Assembly (NCBI GenBank): GCA_951406725.2
Contig: OX597823.1
Coordinates: forward strand, 103,106,001 to 103,170,000
DNA from: Octopus vulgaris
Taxonomy: Eukaryota
Length of the DNA: 64,000 nt
Direction: 5' to 3'
Shown: positions 1 through 14,544 of the stretch, in pieces
Numbering within the stretch: the stretch's first letter is position 1
Layout: the number at the start of each line of letters is the position of its first letter
Made by a program: the position numbers and the translations under genes
Notes under the pieces: model-generated
The model's input: the letters and a program-made list of their open reading frames with translations, nothing else
Database searches by the model: none
Told to the model about the DNA's origin: nothing

Positions 1-81
1 TTAGAAAATATTTTTCGTTTTTAACCTCGTATATAGTATGCACTAGGGGAAAATGCGGATTATGCTCGAGGATTTACGGTA
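1..81. mobile_element. terminal part of a Tc1/mariner-like MITE cut by the window edge
   Basis: Ends CTCGAGGATTTACGG-TA, resembling TA-flanked TIR ends; the other end is not visible. Confidence 0.35.
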
Positions 82-567
82 TGTATCTACTCAGCAAGGG
101 CACCCAAGATTCCTTACAAATTGTGACCAAGAAAGGAGTGGAGATTTCAAGGAGCTGTCTTCTCTCCAGACAAAATGTTTCCCATGCAAAAAGCACTTTT
201 TGGTGTGCAGTTCAATGTGGTAGGAAGGTTTAAATAGAAAACATGAAATATTTGCAGAAATTGGTCTAGTTTCATCCCTTAAACATACAGCATAGGCTTG
301 CACTCAAGGTAATGCAGAAGTGAATTTTGGAAGGTAGGAAGGGCAGTAGATTACTATGGACATACAATTTACATTGTATTTTTATTTGTTTCAGTCATTT
401 GATTACGGCCTTGCTGGAGCACCGCTTTTAGTTGAACAGATCAACTCCAGGACTTATTCTTTGTAAGCCTAGTACTTATTCCTTTAGTCCCTTTTGCTGA
501 ACTGCTAAGTTACAGGGACATAAACACACCAACATCGGTTGTGAAGCAATGGTGGAGGGGACAAACG

Positions 568-603
<36 letters not shown>

Positions 604-3600
604 GAACAGGCTTTTTTCAATTTCTGTCTACCAAATCCACTCACAAGGCTTTGGTCAGCGCAAGACAATAGTAGAAGACACTTGACCAAAGTACTGCGCA
701 GTAGGACTGAACCTGGAACCATGTGGCTGGTAACCAAGCTACTTACCATACAGCCAACCCTGAGCCTATATATGTTCATATTGGTTTGAAACAAAGTTTT
801 GTCTGGCAGAAATGAAGAGATCAAATGCGGGTAAGGTAACAAGTCAATGAAAATAATTTTCCCACTCCATTCAAATGGACTTATGACCAAAAGTATACCG
901 ATTCTGACCATTACCATTAACAAGTTGAGTAACTGAAATTATGATCATATCTACACCAACTACATAAATAAGAAAACACAGGCTGATCTTTTCTGAGTTG
1001 TTTGTGAGAGCTGCACTATCTTGATTGTTGAAATGCAAATTGATTGGTCTGGTGTGTTAGTGAAGGGGCTTCTCATGAATTAAACAATATTTCATCATAT
1101 ATCTGTCACATTACAGAAGCATTTTATTCCTATTTCTTTACTGCCCACAAGGGGCTAGACACAGAGGGGACAAACGGATTAAGTTGATTATATCGACTCC
1201 AGTGCGTGATTGGTACTTAATTTATCGACCCCAAAAGGATGAAAGGCAAAGTCGACCTTGGCGGAATTTGAACTCAGAACGTAACAGCAGATGAAATACC
1301 TATTTCTTTACTGCCCACAAGGGGCTAGAAACAGAGGGGGCAAACAAGGACAGACAAACAGATTAAGTCGATTATATCGACCCCAGTGCATAACGTACTT
1401 AATTTATCGACCTCGAAAGGATGAAAGGCAAAGTCGACCTCGGCGGAATTTGAACTCGGAATGTAACGGCAGACGAAATAATGCTAAGCATTTCGCCCAG
1501 CGTGCTAATGATTCTGCCAGCATTTTATTCCTGGGCACGTAAAAGCATCCACCACACTCTCGGAGTGGTTGGCATTAGGAAGGGCATCCAGCTGTAGAAA
1601 CTCTGCCAGATCAGATTGGAGTCTGGTTCGCCAGCCCTCAGTCAAATCGTCCAACCCATGTTAGCATGGAAAGCGGACATTAAACGATGATGATGACATG
1701 GAATTCCATACGATAAAGTATATTTCCCTTTAACTTTTATGTAACATGAAATCAACAGAAAATATGGCTTTACAGAAATTCCAAATTGCAAAAAAGTTTT
1801 TTCTGGAACAAATACATGTGATACCTATAATTAAAACAACTGGTTCTATTAATGTCTTGTCACACTATAATCTTATATAAAGTTTAACATTTCAGTGTTT
1901 AAACTGGCCATATCAAACCCAAATATTCTGCCTGTTTTATGTCCAAACTGGCCAGATCTAGACTCTCACACCTTGCTCTTTTTCTTGTTTCAGTCATTCA
2001 ACTGTGGCCATGCTGGAGCATCGCTTTTAGTCGAGCAAATCGACCCCAGGACTTATTCTTTGTAAGCCTAGTACTTATTCCATTGATCTCTTTTGCTGAA
2101 CCGCTAAGTTACGGAGAGGTAAATACACCAGCATCGGTTGTCAAGTGATGTTGGGGGGACAAACACAAACACACGCACATATATATACGGTGGGCTTCTT
2201 TCAGTTTCCATCTACCAAATTCACTCACAAGGCTTTGGTCGGCCCAAGGCTATAGTAGGTGCCACGCAGTGGGACTGAACCCGGAACCATGTGGTTGGTA
2301 AGCAAGCTACTTACCACACAGCCACTCCTGCACCTACCCTACAACGCCATTCTAAAAATAATTAATCAGATCATTCAAAACTCAAAGCTATAAGGTGATG
2401 CATGATTAATTCAAAACAATGTAAATAAATAAACATTACACTTGACAGAGTAATCTGAATGCTAAAGAGTTACTTTGCAAAGTAACAAAACATTCATCAG
2501 TTGTTACACATGTGATTGACCATGACATTTTGGTACCAACCTACCTGAGCCACCCTTTTCTATGATTCTGACTTCCTGTTACTAAGTGATCTAAATTAAA
2601 TAAATTAAAACTTGGCATTAAAATTTCACTTCTATTTATGTTCCAAACACCATTTTAATAAAAGCAAAGTTATTTTATTAAATTCTTCAAAAGCTGTGTA
2701 TTTCAACAGAAATTTGGTAACAAAAGGGTTAAGGAATCTACAGTTAGAGTGGTCAGCCCAATTTAAGTTTTAAGTTTGCCAGGGATTGGTCTAGCATAAT
2801 GGTGGTTCACAATACAAGTCACCAACTAGAAGGGCCAATCTAATGGCTCTTTTCTCTATAATATGTGAATGTTGCACATGCATAGCCATATGGTAAGAAA
2901 CTGGCTTCCCAGGCACATACTTTCAGGTTCAATCCTGCTGCATGTTTTCTGAAGTCTTGCACTGACCAAAGCCTTGTGAGTGAATCTGGTTGACGGAAAC
3001 TGAAAGAAGCCTGTTGTATGTGTTACTGTCTTGACTTCGTGTTGATAGTTGTGAAACAAGTGTTTCTGTAATGCAAGCAGTTTCCTCCATTTACAGTCTT
3101 ATGTGAAAACATTTCTGGTCATTGGGGAAAATATTACCTTACTTGGAAGCAGTTGAGGGTTGGCAACAAGAGGGGCATCAGCATCTGGCCATAGAAGATT
3201 TGCCTCAACTAATTCCATGCCAACGTATAAAAGTGGATGTTAAAATGATGATGATGATATTACAACACTTCAAGTGGAACGTTAGAAGCATTGATCTCAG
3301 AGGACTTGTGAAGGTCATAAGTACTTCTCTTCCTTCCAGACTCAATAATCTTTTATCTTTTACTTGTTTCAGTCATTAGACTGCAGCCTTACTAGGGCAC
3401 CACCTTGAAGAACTTTTTAGTTGTATGAATCGACCCCAGGACTTATTCTTGTTAAGCCTGGTACTTATTCTATCAGTCTATTTTGCCAAACCACTAAGCT
3501 ATAATGACATAAACACACTGACACAGGTTATCAAGTAGCAGTGGGAGACAAAGACACATCATCATCGTTTAACGTCCGCTTTCCATGCTAGCATAGGTTG

Positions 3601-3911
3601 GACGATTTTTGACTGAGGGCTGGCAAACCAGATGGCTCACCAGGCTCCAATCTTGATGCCCTTCCTAACGCCAACCACTCCGAGAGTGTAGTGGGTGCTT
3701 TTTACGTGCCACCGACACGGCGGTACTGGCAACGACCTCGCTCGAATCTTTTTACACATGCCACCGGCACAGGTGACAGTAAGGCGACGCTGGTAACGAT
3801 CACACTCGAATAGTGCCTTTTATGTGCCACCGGCACAGAAGCCAGTTGGCTGCTCTGGCAACGATCTCGCTCGAATGGTGCTCTTGGCACCCTGTATTAC
3901 TTGTATGTATG

Positions 3912-3953
<42 letters not shown>

Positions 3954-4552
3954 CATACATGACAGGCTTCTTTCAGTTTCTGTCTACCAAATTCACTTAC
4001 AAGACTTTGTCGATCCGAGGCTATAGTAGAAGACACACCTGCCCAAGGTGCCACACAGTGGGTCTGAATGCAGAACCATGTGGTTGGGAAGCAAGCTACC
4101 ACACAGCCATGTCTGTGGCTAGAAGTTAAAGAAAAAATTATTTTCTTACATTGTCCCAAGATACCCAACATTATCATTCTTTTAGCATCTGTTTATTATG
4201 TTGACATGGGTTTCACCTGCAGGATAGCAAATAGCTACGTATCTTAATTAGACACCATCTCTAAGACTTAACATCTTGAAATTTCATACCAAGACTTCTT
4301 CCTGTTCTATGGACACCTGGGAACAAATGTCAAAATGTCCACTTAAATTTATCGAAACAAATAGGTTAACATGTTCCGTTCAACAAGTATACCTGTCTGG
4401 TAATTAGCTACAAACTGCATAGATGAAAAATCCTGACCTAAGTTTAGTGTGTAACTGATGTTTAATTAAGTAAAGAATTAATTTTTCTTCAAGAATCACA
4501 GCTAAATGACTCAACAGGAGTTCTGTGTCATGAGGACCAAAGACTTGATGTG

Positions 4553-5753
4553 TTTCGTGTTGCATGATATGTGTGAGAGAGAATTGTGATGTCATAGGAG
4601 AGAAATGGGACTGCATGGATGATGGCTCACTTGCATTTAATGAGGCTGCAAAGAGAGAGACTTGGAGATGCCACTATGAAAGGTTGCTAAATGAAGAGAA
4701 TGAATGGGAGAAAGATAGTCTGCTGAATGTTGGCCCAACAGGGAGCAGCTATCTGAATTGACAGTACCCTGGTAGATAAAGCAATTAAAAGTATGAAGAC
4801 AAGGAAAGCCCCCGGCCCATCAGGAATCACTGCAGAGATACTTAAAATATCTGGCAGTTTGACTCTGCTGCCCTCATCTGTACCTCATGTTGGACTCAAT
4901 TCATGCAGTATTGTGGAGAGGAGGATGCCTAGTTCCTTTTTGAAGACATCTACATCCACATTGTGTAGGTTTCTTATGTATGTATTTTGTATATATATAT
5001 ATGCATGAAGTGGTGAAGCACAACCTTCAAACTTTAGGCCTCACCAAGGTAATGACTAGTGACCGAGACTTTTGGAAATATGCTGTGCTTGAGAAGACCC
5101 AAATGAGACCATAATCTCGTGGTCTATGCCAGGGGCGTAACCAGCCCACTTATGTGTACCTTTTCCTCCTTTGGACACTAAAACTCTGCTTGCAAAGACC
5201 TGTTGAGGCAAGTGAAAGTGAAATCAAAGTCAAAATCAAATTCAATGACTGGCGTCCGTACTAGCGGGGTACAAAGAGCACTCTACGAGTGTGATCATTG
5301 ACAGAGTGGCCCTTAAAAGGCACCATTCAAGTGTGATCGTTACCAGCGTCGCCTTACTGGCACTCAAACCCTGTGCTAGTAAGTGTTAAGAGCACTATCC
5401 GAGCATGATCGTTGCCAGAGTGGCTATCTGGCCTCTGTGCCGGAAGCACGTAAAAGACACCATCCGAGCGCGACCGCTACCAGCATCGCCTTACTGGCAC
5501 CTGTGTTGGTGGCATGTGTAAAAGATTCGAGGGAGGTCGTTGCCAGTACTGTCTGACTGGCCCCATGCCGGTGGCACGTAAAAGCACCCACTACACTCTC
5601 GGAGTGGTTGGCGTTAGGAAGGGCATCAAGCTGTAGAAACTCTGCCAGATCAAGATTGAAGCCTGGTGCAGACATCTGGTTCACCAGTCCTCAGTCAAAT
5701 CATCCAACCCATGCTAGCATGGAAAGCGGACGTTAAACGGTGACGATGATGAT
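4553..5753 (+). mobile_element. RTE-type LINE fragments (internal piece plus 3' end)
   Basis: W..HYERLLNEENEW and KAPGPSGITAEILK at 4553-4860; 3' UTR and (GAT)n tail at about 5005-5753. Confidence 0.75.
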
Positions 5754-7094
5754 ATGCATGTATGTATTTGTAAGAACCCTCGTCTGGACATTATGTTTGT
5801 AAATGACCATCAACATCATACAGGTGATGTTCATTTCCAGTGAAAAATATACCTAGTCATGGGGAAACTTTAACCTGTCTGGAAACAAATGAAGGTTGGC
5901 AATAGCAAGGGTACCCAGCTGTAGAGAAACTGTATCAACAAATTCCATCTGCCCATGCAAGCCTGGAAGTGGGACTGTTAAATGATGATGCAAGATTCAC
6001 TTGCAACGCATTGGTTAACCCAGGGCTATAGTAAAAGATAATTGCTCAAAGTACCACACAGAGTGGGACTGAACCTGAAACCACTTATACTATACTACAC
6101 ATGCCAGTGCCTAGCCAAACCTATCAATTCACACCTCATATTAGCCATAGAATATACTCATTTGCATTATTTGAGAAGACCAGAGAAGAACTCTTTGATT
6201 CCCAGAGGCTTGCTCAATTCACATGGTTTCAACATTTTTCACATACTAAAATTTTTAGTCATTAAAGTTTCTTCAGTCAATTTTTTCTTATCTTAATATA
6301 ACAGCAACTTCTTACTGTCTGCTTTGTATAAAGAGAGATTACCAACTAAGTTACCAGTAAATACCTATTACCTTGTTCCCATGCTAACCAAGCCACTCTA
6401 TTTGCACCGGAACAACTTCAAAGCTCTTATGACAGAATACAAGCAGCAGAACTTGTCTGCTTCTTGCAACAACTGATCCTGTCATTCTAAGGCATTTTGT
6501 GCCTCCTGCTCACTATTTTGCATCTGGTGCATCTAAAATTCTTATTTCTTCTCAATGTTATCAATCCCAACTTATTTTTACTGCTTTCATTGTTGCTGAG
6601 TGCATAATTTTGAAGTGATTCCAACTAGTTTGTATTATATATGTTGAGAAAGACATCTTCCTAGTATGATATTAAAAAGTCACTGAATAAGAAATATTTT
6701 TATTTTGTAAATAATAAATGATTACTAATAATATAAATACTACAACAGTATCAGGCAAAATCCAAGAAGTTTGGACAAATGTGACATAGAGTGGCAAAGA
6801 ATTTTTCAGTTTGATTAAAAGAAGTAAAAATCACAAAGTAACAGCTGTTTGTACTATTCAACTGACCGATTAGTTTACAGATCAACTAATCTGCTGCTGT
6901 TGTTGTTGTTGTTAAGCAACAAGATGGGTAAGGGTGATGGTCTTGGGCTTAGAGGCGGGAGACCCCAGACCTTAGAAAAAAAACCCTTTGGTCGTCTTGT
7001 TGTAGTCGAGGGCTCTTCGTTGACACCTGACACCACTGGGAGGTGGCCCTTGAAGTCGCTGGAAATGGAGATCTCCAGATCCAAATTTTTGCTG

Positions 7095-7126
<32 letters not shown>

Positions 7127-8377
7127 GCTGCTGCTGCTGTTCATTCCAAATTTAGCCTTGATTTTGCAGGCTTATGATAAAAGACACTACAGCCATGACT
7201 ATCCCATCTTTTTGCATACTAAGGATTACATTATCCATTTTTAGAGACTATTTGTATTGGTAGGATGAACCAACAACCAGTCATTTCTGACAGACGCACA
7301 AAAAATTGCTTTTTTATTTTATTAAAGGTAAGGATCTAAATGACTTCTTCAGTTGGTGTGGCTTATAACAGTGTTCATAATAGTGGGCCTGAGAAAGAAT
7401 GGAAAGGGGACAATATTCATATGCCATTAATATCTGAATTGATGGTTGATCTGATTATATTTGATGTCCATACCTTTCCTTCTTGGGACACAAAACTCTG
7501 CTTGCGAAGACCTTTTGAGGCAAGTGAAATCGAAATCAATCAAAAATCAATGGAAATTGTAGTTGTGATACCAGTGCTGGTGGCACGTAAAAGAACCATC
7601 TGAACGTGGCCGATGCCAGCACCGCCTTGACTGGCCTCCGTGCCGGTGGCACGTAAAACGCACCAACCGATCATGGCTGTTGCCAGCCTCCCCTGGCACC
7701 TGTGCCGGTGGCACATAAAAAGCACCCACTACACTCATGGAGTGGTTGGCATTAGGAAGGGCATCCAGCTGTAGAAACACTGCCAGATCAGACTGGGCCT
7801 GGTGCAGCCTCCTGGCTTTCCAGATCCCAGTCGAACCGTCCAACCCATGCTAGCATGGAAAGCGGACGTTAAACGATAATGATGATGATGATTAACAAAC
7901 TTATTATGTACAGTGCTCTGGTGCCCTACAATTCATCAAAAAAGTAACCCAAAATGCATGAACAGTACATAGAATATGCACAGGAAGCTAACAGTGAGGA
8001 ATATTGATATATTTCTTCCTTAAAACTGTTGATAATGAAAACAAAAAAACAAAAGAAAAAGAGTACTGTTTGTTAGTTATGATAAAAAGGGTTTTTCTTT
8101 TTCTGTTAGGGTGTAATATATGATTGTAAATCTGCAAAATTTGATGCTACAGATCAAAGAAGTATGAAGTTAGAAAGTTTGTTTTGGACAATATAATTCT
8201 GAGCTGCATTCTTTGAATGTAACAGTTGTGGTTATGTCTAAGCCTGTGAACTTAGTATTGCTTATGAAGGAAAGGATTTGAGTGTTGCATAGAGCAGAAC
8301 AGGCACCACCGGCACTAGATATACACAAAATGATGATAAACATTTCAGTGACGTTCAGAGGAAAATAAAATAGGTTA

Positions 8378-8470
8378 TCCTCCTCCTCCTCCTCCTCTTC
8401 ATCATCATCATCGTCGTCGTCGTCGTCATCATTATCATCATCACCACCACCACCACCACCATCATCAATA
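8378..8470. repeat. compound trinucleotide microsatellite (TCC)(ATC)(GTC)(ACC)
   Basis: Read directly; many other (TA)n, (CA)n, (GA)n and (ATT)n tracts occur across the window. Confidence 0.9.
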
Positions 8471-8954
8471 ATATTTTAATATCCATTTTTCCATGCTGGC
8501 TGCCATTCTACATATTTTCGCTTGTCTCAACATCTTAAGATCAGACCTCATCATTCCCCATCTTTCACATTCAGTGCTCATGTTTCACGATACCATGTCG
8601 TAACATCATACATCGTACACATTCTTTTGCATGAAAGAGAGAGAGAGAGAGAGAGAGAGACAGTGAGAGAGAGACAGACAGACAGACCAACTGACAGAAA
8701 CAGAGATACACTTTGTTGTCAATAGAGATAACAAATGCCAGGATTTATTCCATTTTTTCCTTATATCCTAACTACTTTACTTTCACTACAACCACCTCTA
8801 TACAGTTTACACCACCCAATGAAACAAACATTTTCAACTATTACCTACAATTGATAATTTACTAAGCTAACAGAGTGATCTTTATTTCATGCTTTATTCC
8901 TCTATCTAACATTCTATCTTTGTGATAGATATTTAACATCAAAACTGGAATAAC

Positions 8955-9364
8955 TGTAGTGATGCTACTGTGTAAGGTTCAGCGCAGAATGGGACTACTT
9001 CCAGGTGGCCACCAGAAGTCTTCCCCATGCGCATGTGCGGGAAACTGACCCCTGAGGAGCAGTAAACTCGATCACCCTCTCTGGCCATTTCAGCCCTCAG
9101 GAACAGACGTGCATTTGGTAGTCTCTGATAACTATACCGACTTAGCCGCGGACAACATCGAATCACTTCAACCAACCAACAAGAAGCTGTACAACAGATT
9201 CAGCTGCCGTTTTCCCTTCAGAAATACGTACACCATCACGAATAATAAACAACACTGCTGTCTTTCCCAGATAACCTGACTTCGTCTGTTATATTTAACT
9301 AAATTGAATGTGATGGGATCGGATCGACACCCCTTCAGTGATACCGATTCCAGATCCTGTTACA
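8955..9364 (+). repeat. 5' LTR (410 bp)
   Basis: Direct repeat of 13791-14208; TG...CA ends; contains AATAAA. Confidence 0.95.
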
Positions 9365-9795
9365 ATTGGTGACCCCAAGTAAAAAAAAATAAAAAAGAAC
9401 AGAAGACGCAGCGAACAGGTTTTGCCAGTTAGAGCACTGAACACTCAGTTTTCACTTTCATTTTTCTTTTCCTTTCAGGACGGCGAAGGTGCGTAAAAAC
9501 AAAAGTTTATTCATCGCACTCAGTACACTAAAAAAAAAAAAAAAAAAAAAAAAGAAACACACACATTATTTTTTTTCTTTTCTGTACCTTTGTTTTTCCT
9601 TTGTGCACACACACACTTATTCTTTACTACCCACGAGGTGCACACACACACTTATTCTTTACTACCCACGAGGTGCACACACACACACACCAGTACACAA
9701 AACACGAATTTTGATTTGCTTTGTCTATTCCATGTGTTCTCCACTTCTCGTTCTTCCTTCTGTCCCCTTTCTGACAGGCGATTCTTCAGACAAAC

Positions 9796-10468
9796 ATGGC
9801 TGCATCAGGTTTGCCTTCATTCACAGGGGATGTGGGTCTGTGGTTTGCCCAGGTGGAGTCGCATTTTGACGCACATGCCATTCCTCCACAGCAGCAGTTG
9901 CATCTGCTATATTCAAGTTTGCATCCCCGACTCGCCACATCGGTCAGGGATCTCATAATAAGTCCCTACCCGGACGCCACATACGCGTCCGTAAAAGCCG
10001 AAATCCTCCACCACAACACGCGGTCAGAGGAGAGTAATTTTAAGGAGCTGATGGCCGAGGAACAGTTGGGATACAGGACTCCATCCCAGTTCCTGCGCCA
10101 CCTATGGGAGCTGAGCGGGAACGCAGCAGACGTGCCGCTCTTACGGAGGATTTTCTTCTCCAGGTTGCCTGCCCACGTGCAGACAATGTTGGCCACGGTA
10201 CTGGAGTCTGTGTCAGTAGACCAGATTGCTACGATGGCCGATAAAATATTGGAATTTCCGAAACCATTTCCATCGCGAGGCCTGTGCGCATGTACAGAGC
10301 CCCCCTCCGACAGTTTCTCCGACGCAAAATTCACTAGCTGAGCGGCTCGATGCGCTCACGCGGCGAATCGATGATCTGTGCCGTGTGATCGGGCGCCGAC
10401 CACGCAGTCGTAGTTGCAGTGGCTCTGCCGAAAAGGCAGAACGGTGTTTCCAGCCCTCGGAAAACTAA
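9796..10468 (+). pseudogene. Gypsy gag, frameshifted near 10335
   Basis: LWFAQVESHF...LGYRTPSQFLRHL...LRRIFFSRLP; continues in another frame as ERLDALTRRI...RSRSCS...KAERCFQPSEN*. Confidence 0.85.
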
Positions 10469-10499
10469 ATCCAGAGGAGGTGAGCACGTCACCTTCCTT

Positions 10500-13400
10500 C
10501 TCGTTTCCCAAAATCGTGCGTTCTTTGTAAAAGATCTGGTGTCAAAGAAATTCTTCATGGTGGACACCGGCTCTTGTTGCAGCATCTGGCCCCTTCGTCT
10601 GACTGCAGACAAGCCCAAGTGCTCTTCAATTGTCTTGCATGCCATTGACTCGTCTCCCATAACCACCTTCGGTCAGATTTTGCTGCGCCTCGACATCAAC
10701 CTTCGTTGAGACTTTCAATGGGTTTTCGTCATCGCTGACATCCCACATCCTATTCTCGGCGCTGATTTCTTGGATAGGTTTAATCTATTGGTGGATGTCA
10801 GGCATCGGAGGCTTCTTGATAGCATGACGTCGCTCTCTACGCCGACTGGGAGTTCCACCAATGCGGTCCTTAGCCCGACATTCTTTGTTGCCTCCTCTGG
10901 AGACGCTTTTCACTCTCTTTTGGCTTCATTTCCGGAGCTAGTGGACATTGCCTTTCAACCGGAAAAGCCTACCCACTCGACCCTCCATTTTATCACCACC
11001 ACTGGGCCACCTGTATTTTCGCACCCACGGCGCCTTGCGCCTGACCGACTAAAAACAGCTAGGGCCGAGTTTGAGCACATGCTTCAACTTGGCCTTATAC
11101 GCCCCTCCACCAGCCCATGGGCGTCTCCCCTTCATTTGGTGCGAAAGGGCGAGTCTGATTTTCGCCCGGTAGGAGACTATCAACGCCTCAATGCCGTAAC
11201 AATAGCCGACAGATATCCAATCAGAATCTACAGGACTTTACGGCAAATCTCCATGGTTGTACCATTTTTTCGACGGTCGACCTTATACGCGCGTACCATC
11301 AAATACCGGTCAACCCAGCCGACGTTCCGAAAACTGCGATCACTACCCCTTTTGGGTGTTTTGAGTTTTTGTATATGAGTTTCGGTTTGCGGAATGCTAC
11401 TAGCACTTTCCAGCGTTTCATTGATGAGGTTGTCCGCGGTCTTGATTTTGTGTTTGCCTATGTCGATGATATACTCATTGCGAGCGACACACATGAAAAT
11501 CATCTCCAGCACCTTTCTCAGCTTTTTCAGCGTCTTCGTGCTTATAGTATATGTATAAATCCCGACAAGTGTGTTTTTGGACGCTCTTCCCTAGATTTTC
11601 TAGGCCATCATATTGATTTGAGTGGAATCAGCCCCCTGTCGTCAAAGGTCGATGCCATTCAACGCATCGCACCCCCCACTTCCTTGCGCCAGCTCAGGCA
11701 TTGTCTAGGGATGATCAATTTCTACAGACGTTTTATTCCCGGTTGTGCAGATAAGCTACTTCCTCTCACCAGGCTATTAAAGGACACTCCTAGAAAGGAC
11801 GGTCAAGTCACCCTCTCTGTTGAGGCACTGACAGCCTTTGAGTGCATTAAGGAGCTGGCTTCTGTTTCTTTGCTTGCACATCCGGTTCCTGGTGCTTCTC
11901 TCTCTTTGACTGTTGACGCATTGGACACTGCGATTGGCGCTGTGTTACAACACACAGTGGATGATCATATTCGACCTCTAGCTTTCTTTTCCCGCCAACT
12001 GCAACCAGCTGAACGACGATACAGTACCTTTGATCGTGAGCTCCTAGCAATCTATCTATCGGTTCGTCATTTCCAGCATCAACTTGAAGGGCGAGATTTT
12101 GTGATCTATACGGATTACAAGCCCCTTACGTTTGCCCTGTGTTCAAAAACGGACAAACTCTCACCTTGTGCTTTCCGGCACCTGGATTTTATCTCTCAAT
12201 TCACTAGTAACATTCGACACATACCTGGAAAAGAGAACGTTCCTGCTGATGCTCTCTCTCGCCTTCCAGTCTGCACCCTTTTGTCTCCTGCTGCTATCGA
12301 CTTAACTGCCATCTCGCAGGAGCAGCCACCTTTGGCGTCGTTAGACTTAACTTCTCCCAAGTTCTCCTGTTGCCAGTTTTCCTACCTTCCGCTTCCGTCA
12401 GCCGAAGGCACCATTCTCTGTGATACTTCCACTGGTTCTCCCAGGCCACTTGTGCCTGAGAATCATCAACGCTCAGTGTTTGAAGCACTGCACTCCTTAT
12501 CACATCCTGGCATCGCTGCCACCCTTAAGCTGATCACTGCTCGGTTTTTCTGGCCGAATATGCGTTGCACTATTACTTCTTGGACACGCACCTGCTCCAA
12601 GTGTCAATGGTCCAAGATTCAACGGCACGTTCGTGCCCCGCTTGGACATTTTCCCCCTATGGAGGCCCGTTTTCGCCATGTCCACATCAATCTGGTTGGA
12701 CCATGGCCTGTGAGTCGCGGGTTTTCTTATCTGTTAACTTGTGTCGATCGTTTCTCCCGCTGGCCAGAAGCCATTCCGATAGCAGACATTTCTGCTGAGA
12801 CTGTTGCGCAAGCCTTCATTTCAAACTGGATTTCCCGTTTCAGAGTTCCGTCCAGATTGACTACTGATCGTGGACGTCAGTTTGAAGCTTCGCTATTTCG
12901 CGAATTGTTGTGCATTTTAGGTGTGCATCATATTCACACTACCAGCTATCATCCAGCATCTAATGGATTAGTTGAACGGTTTCATAGACAGCTCAAGGCC
13001 GCTCTTCGTGCCTCTTCAGATCCACAGTCCTGGATTGAATTTCTGCCAATTGTGCTTCTCGGTTGTCGGACTGCTGTCAAGGCAGACCTGGGGTTTTCTT
13101 CTGCAGAGCTGCTGTATGGTACCACACTGGCATTGCCTGGTACGATGTTGGTGCCAGACACTTCCCAGCTCCATGATCCGGCAACCTATGTCGCCAGACT
13201 GCGTTCATATTTCTCGAATCTTCCACCCATGGTTCCCAGGAAACAATCTCCACCATCCCATCTCCCGCCGGATATGGACACTTGGTCGCATGTTTTTGTT
13301 CGGGACGACTCTGTGAAGGGCCCACTTGTTTCTCCCTATAAAGGACCTTTCCGTGTGCTTTCTCGCACACCTAAGGTTTTCACCATTGAAATAAATGGTC

Positions 13401-13660
13401 ATTCGAAGACCGTTTCCGTGGACCAACTGAAGAAAGCATACTTTGAGATATCTTCATCTTTTGATGACAACCTTGCCACACCCACCTATGCACCTGCACA
13501 AGCACCTTCACCTGCACAGACACCTTTGCCTTCACCGGCTCCTACAACACCACCTTCGCCGTCAACGGGTGCCCCGAGCACACCATATGTTACAAGATCG
13601 GGCAGAACAGTGCATTGGCCCAAGAAACTCTCAAAGACAATTCTTATTTATCTTTCTTTC
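10500..13660 (+). pseudogene. Gypsy pol (protease-RT-RNaseH-integrase), disrupted
   Basis: PR VDTGS; RT SPWASPL...YVDDIL; RNase[14 protein letters not shown]; [33 protein letters not shown]. Lesions: in-frame TGA at 10707, frameshift near 11220, first catalytic integrase Asp appears as Asn (HINLVGP). Confidence 0.92.
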
Positions 13661-13790
13661 TTTCAAATTTCTTGTTTTTTGTATGACATTGTGTACCAAA
13701 TCTTCTGTGGGGATCGGCAAGCCATCTGTTTTTCTGCAGCACCACTACAAATTTTCTTGTCTTCGTACTTCTGCACTCGAGGGGGAGCCA

Positions 13791-14208
13791 TGTAGTGATG
13801 CTACTGTGTAAGGTTCAGCGCGCATGTGCAGAATGAAACTACTTCTGGGTGGCCACCGGAAGTCTTCCCCATGCGCATGTGCGGGAAACTGACCCCTGAG
13901 GAGCAGTAAACTCGATCACCCTCTCTGGCCATTTCAGCCCTCAGGAACAGACGTGCATTTGGTAGTCTCTGATAACTATACCGACTTAGCCGCGGACAAC
14001 ATCGAATCACTTCAACCAACCAACAAGAAGCTGTACAACAGATTCAGCTGCCGTTTTCCCTTCAGAAATATGTACACCATCACGAATAATAAACAACACT
14101 GCTGTCTTTCCCAGATAACTTGACTTCGTCTGTTATATTTAACTAAATTGAATGTGACGGGATTGGATCGACACCCCTTCAGTGATACCGATTCCAGATC
14201 CTGTTACA
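13791..14208 (+). repeat. 3' LTR (418 bp)
   Basis: Differs from the 5' LTR by an 8-bp indel and about 9 substitutions (counted by eye). Confidence 0.95.
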
Positions 14209-14544
14209 TAACCATGAAATTTAATTCCGTAGTCACAGTTAATGCTTGTGGACCAGCTTTCATGCAACAAATATTTAATTTTTGCTTACATAATCATTGC
14301 TAATAATGGAAATGTGATACATGGGAAGGAGAGATTTTTTCTTTTTTATAGATGAGATATGTTATAATATGTGAAATATGTTATAATATTCATGTGAGCT
14401 ATAGACAAGTGTAAAAAAAGTCAAAAGTGAGCCACTGCAAGAAGTTTCTGATTTCTCATATCTCAGCCTGCTACAGATTTCACTGTACATGTTGTGTGTC
14501 TATTGCTTTCACTAGATATATAACATCAATTTCCTACATCATAA

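Larger units (their letters stand above)
8955..14208 (+). mobile_element. full-length Ty3/Gypsy LTR retrotransposon (CsRN1-like), disabled
   Basis: LTRs TGT...ACA at 8955-9364 and 13791-14208; 4-bp TSD TAAC (8951-8954, 14209-14212); PBS TGGTGACCCC at 9367-9376 (complementary to the tRNA-Trp 3' end); PPT GAGGGGGAG before the 3' LTR; domain order gag-PR-RT-RH-IN. Confidence 0.96.

Noticed and set aside
6372-6532. Hypothetical spliced peptide MLISKRCTRCKIVSRRHKMP, loosely resembling ribosomal protein bL36
   Set aside because: Only 20 aa, it depends on an unproven splice, and it stops before the rest of the domain
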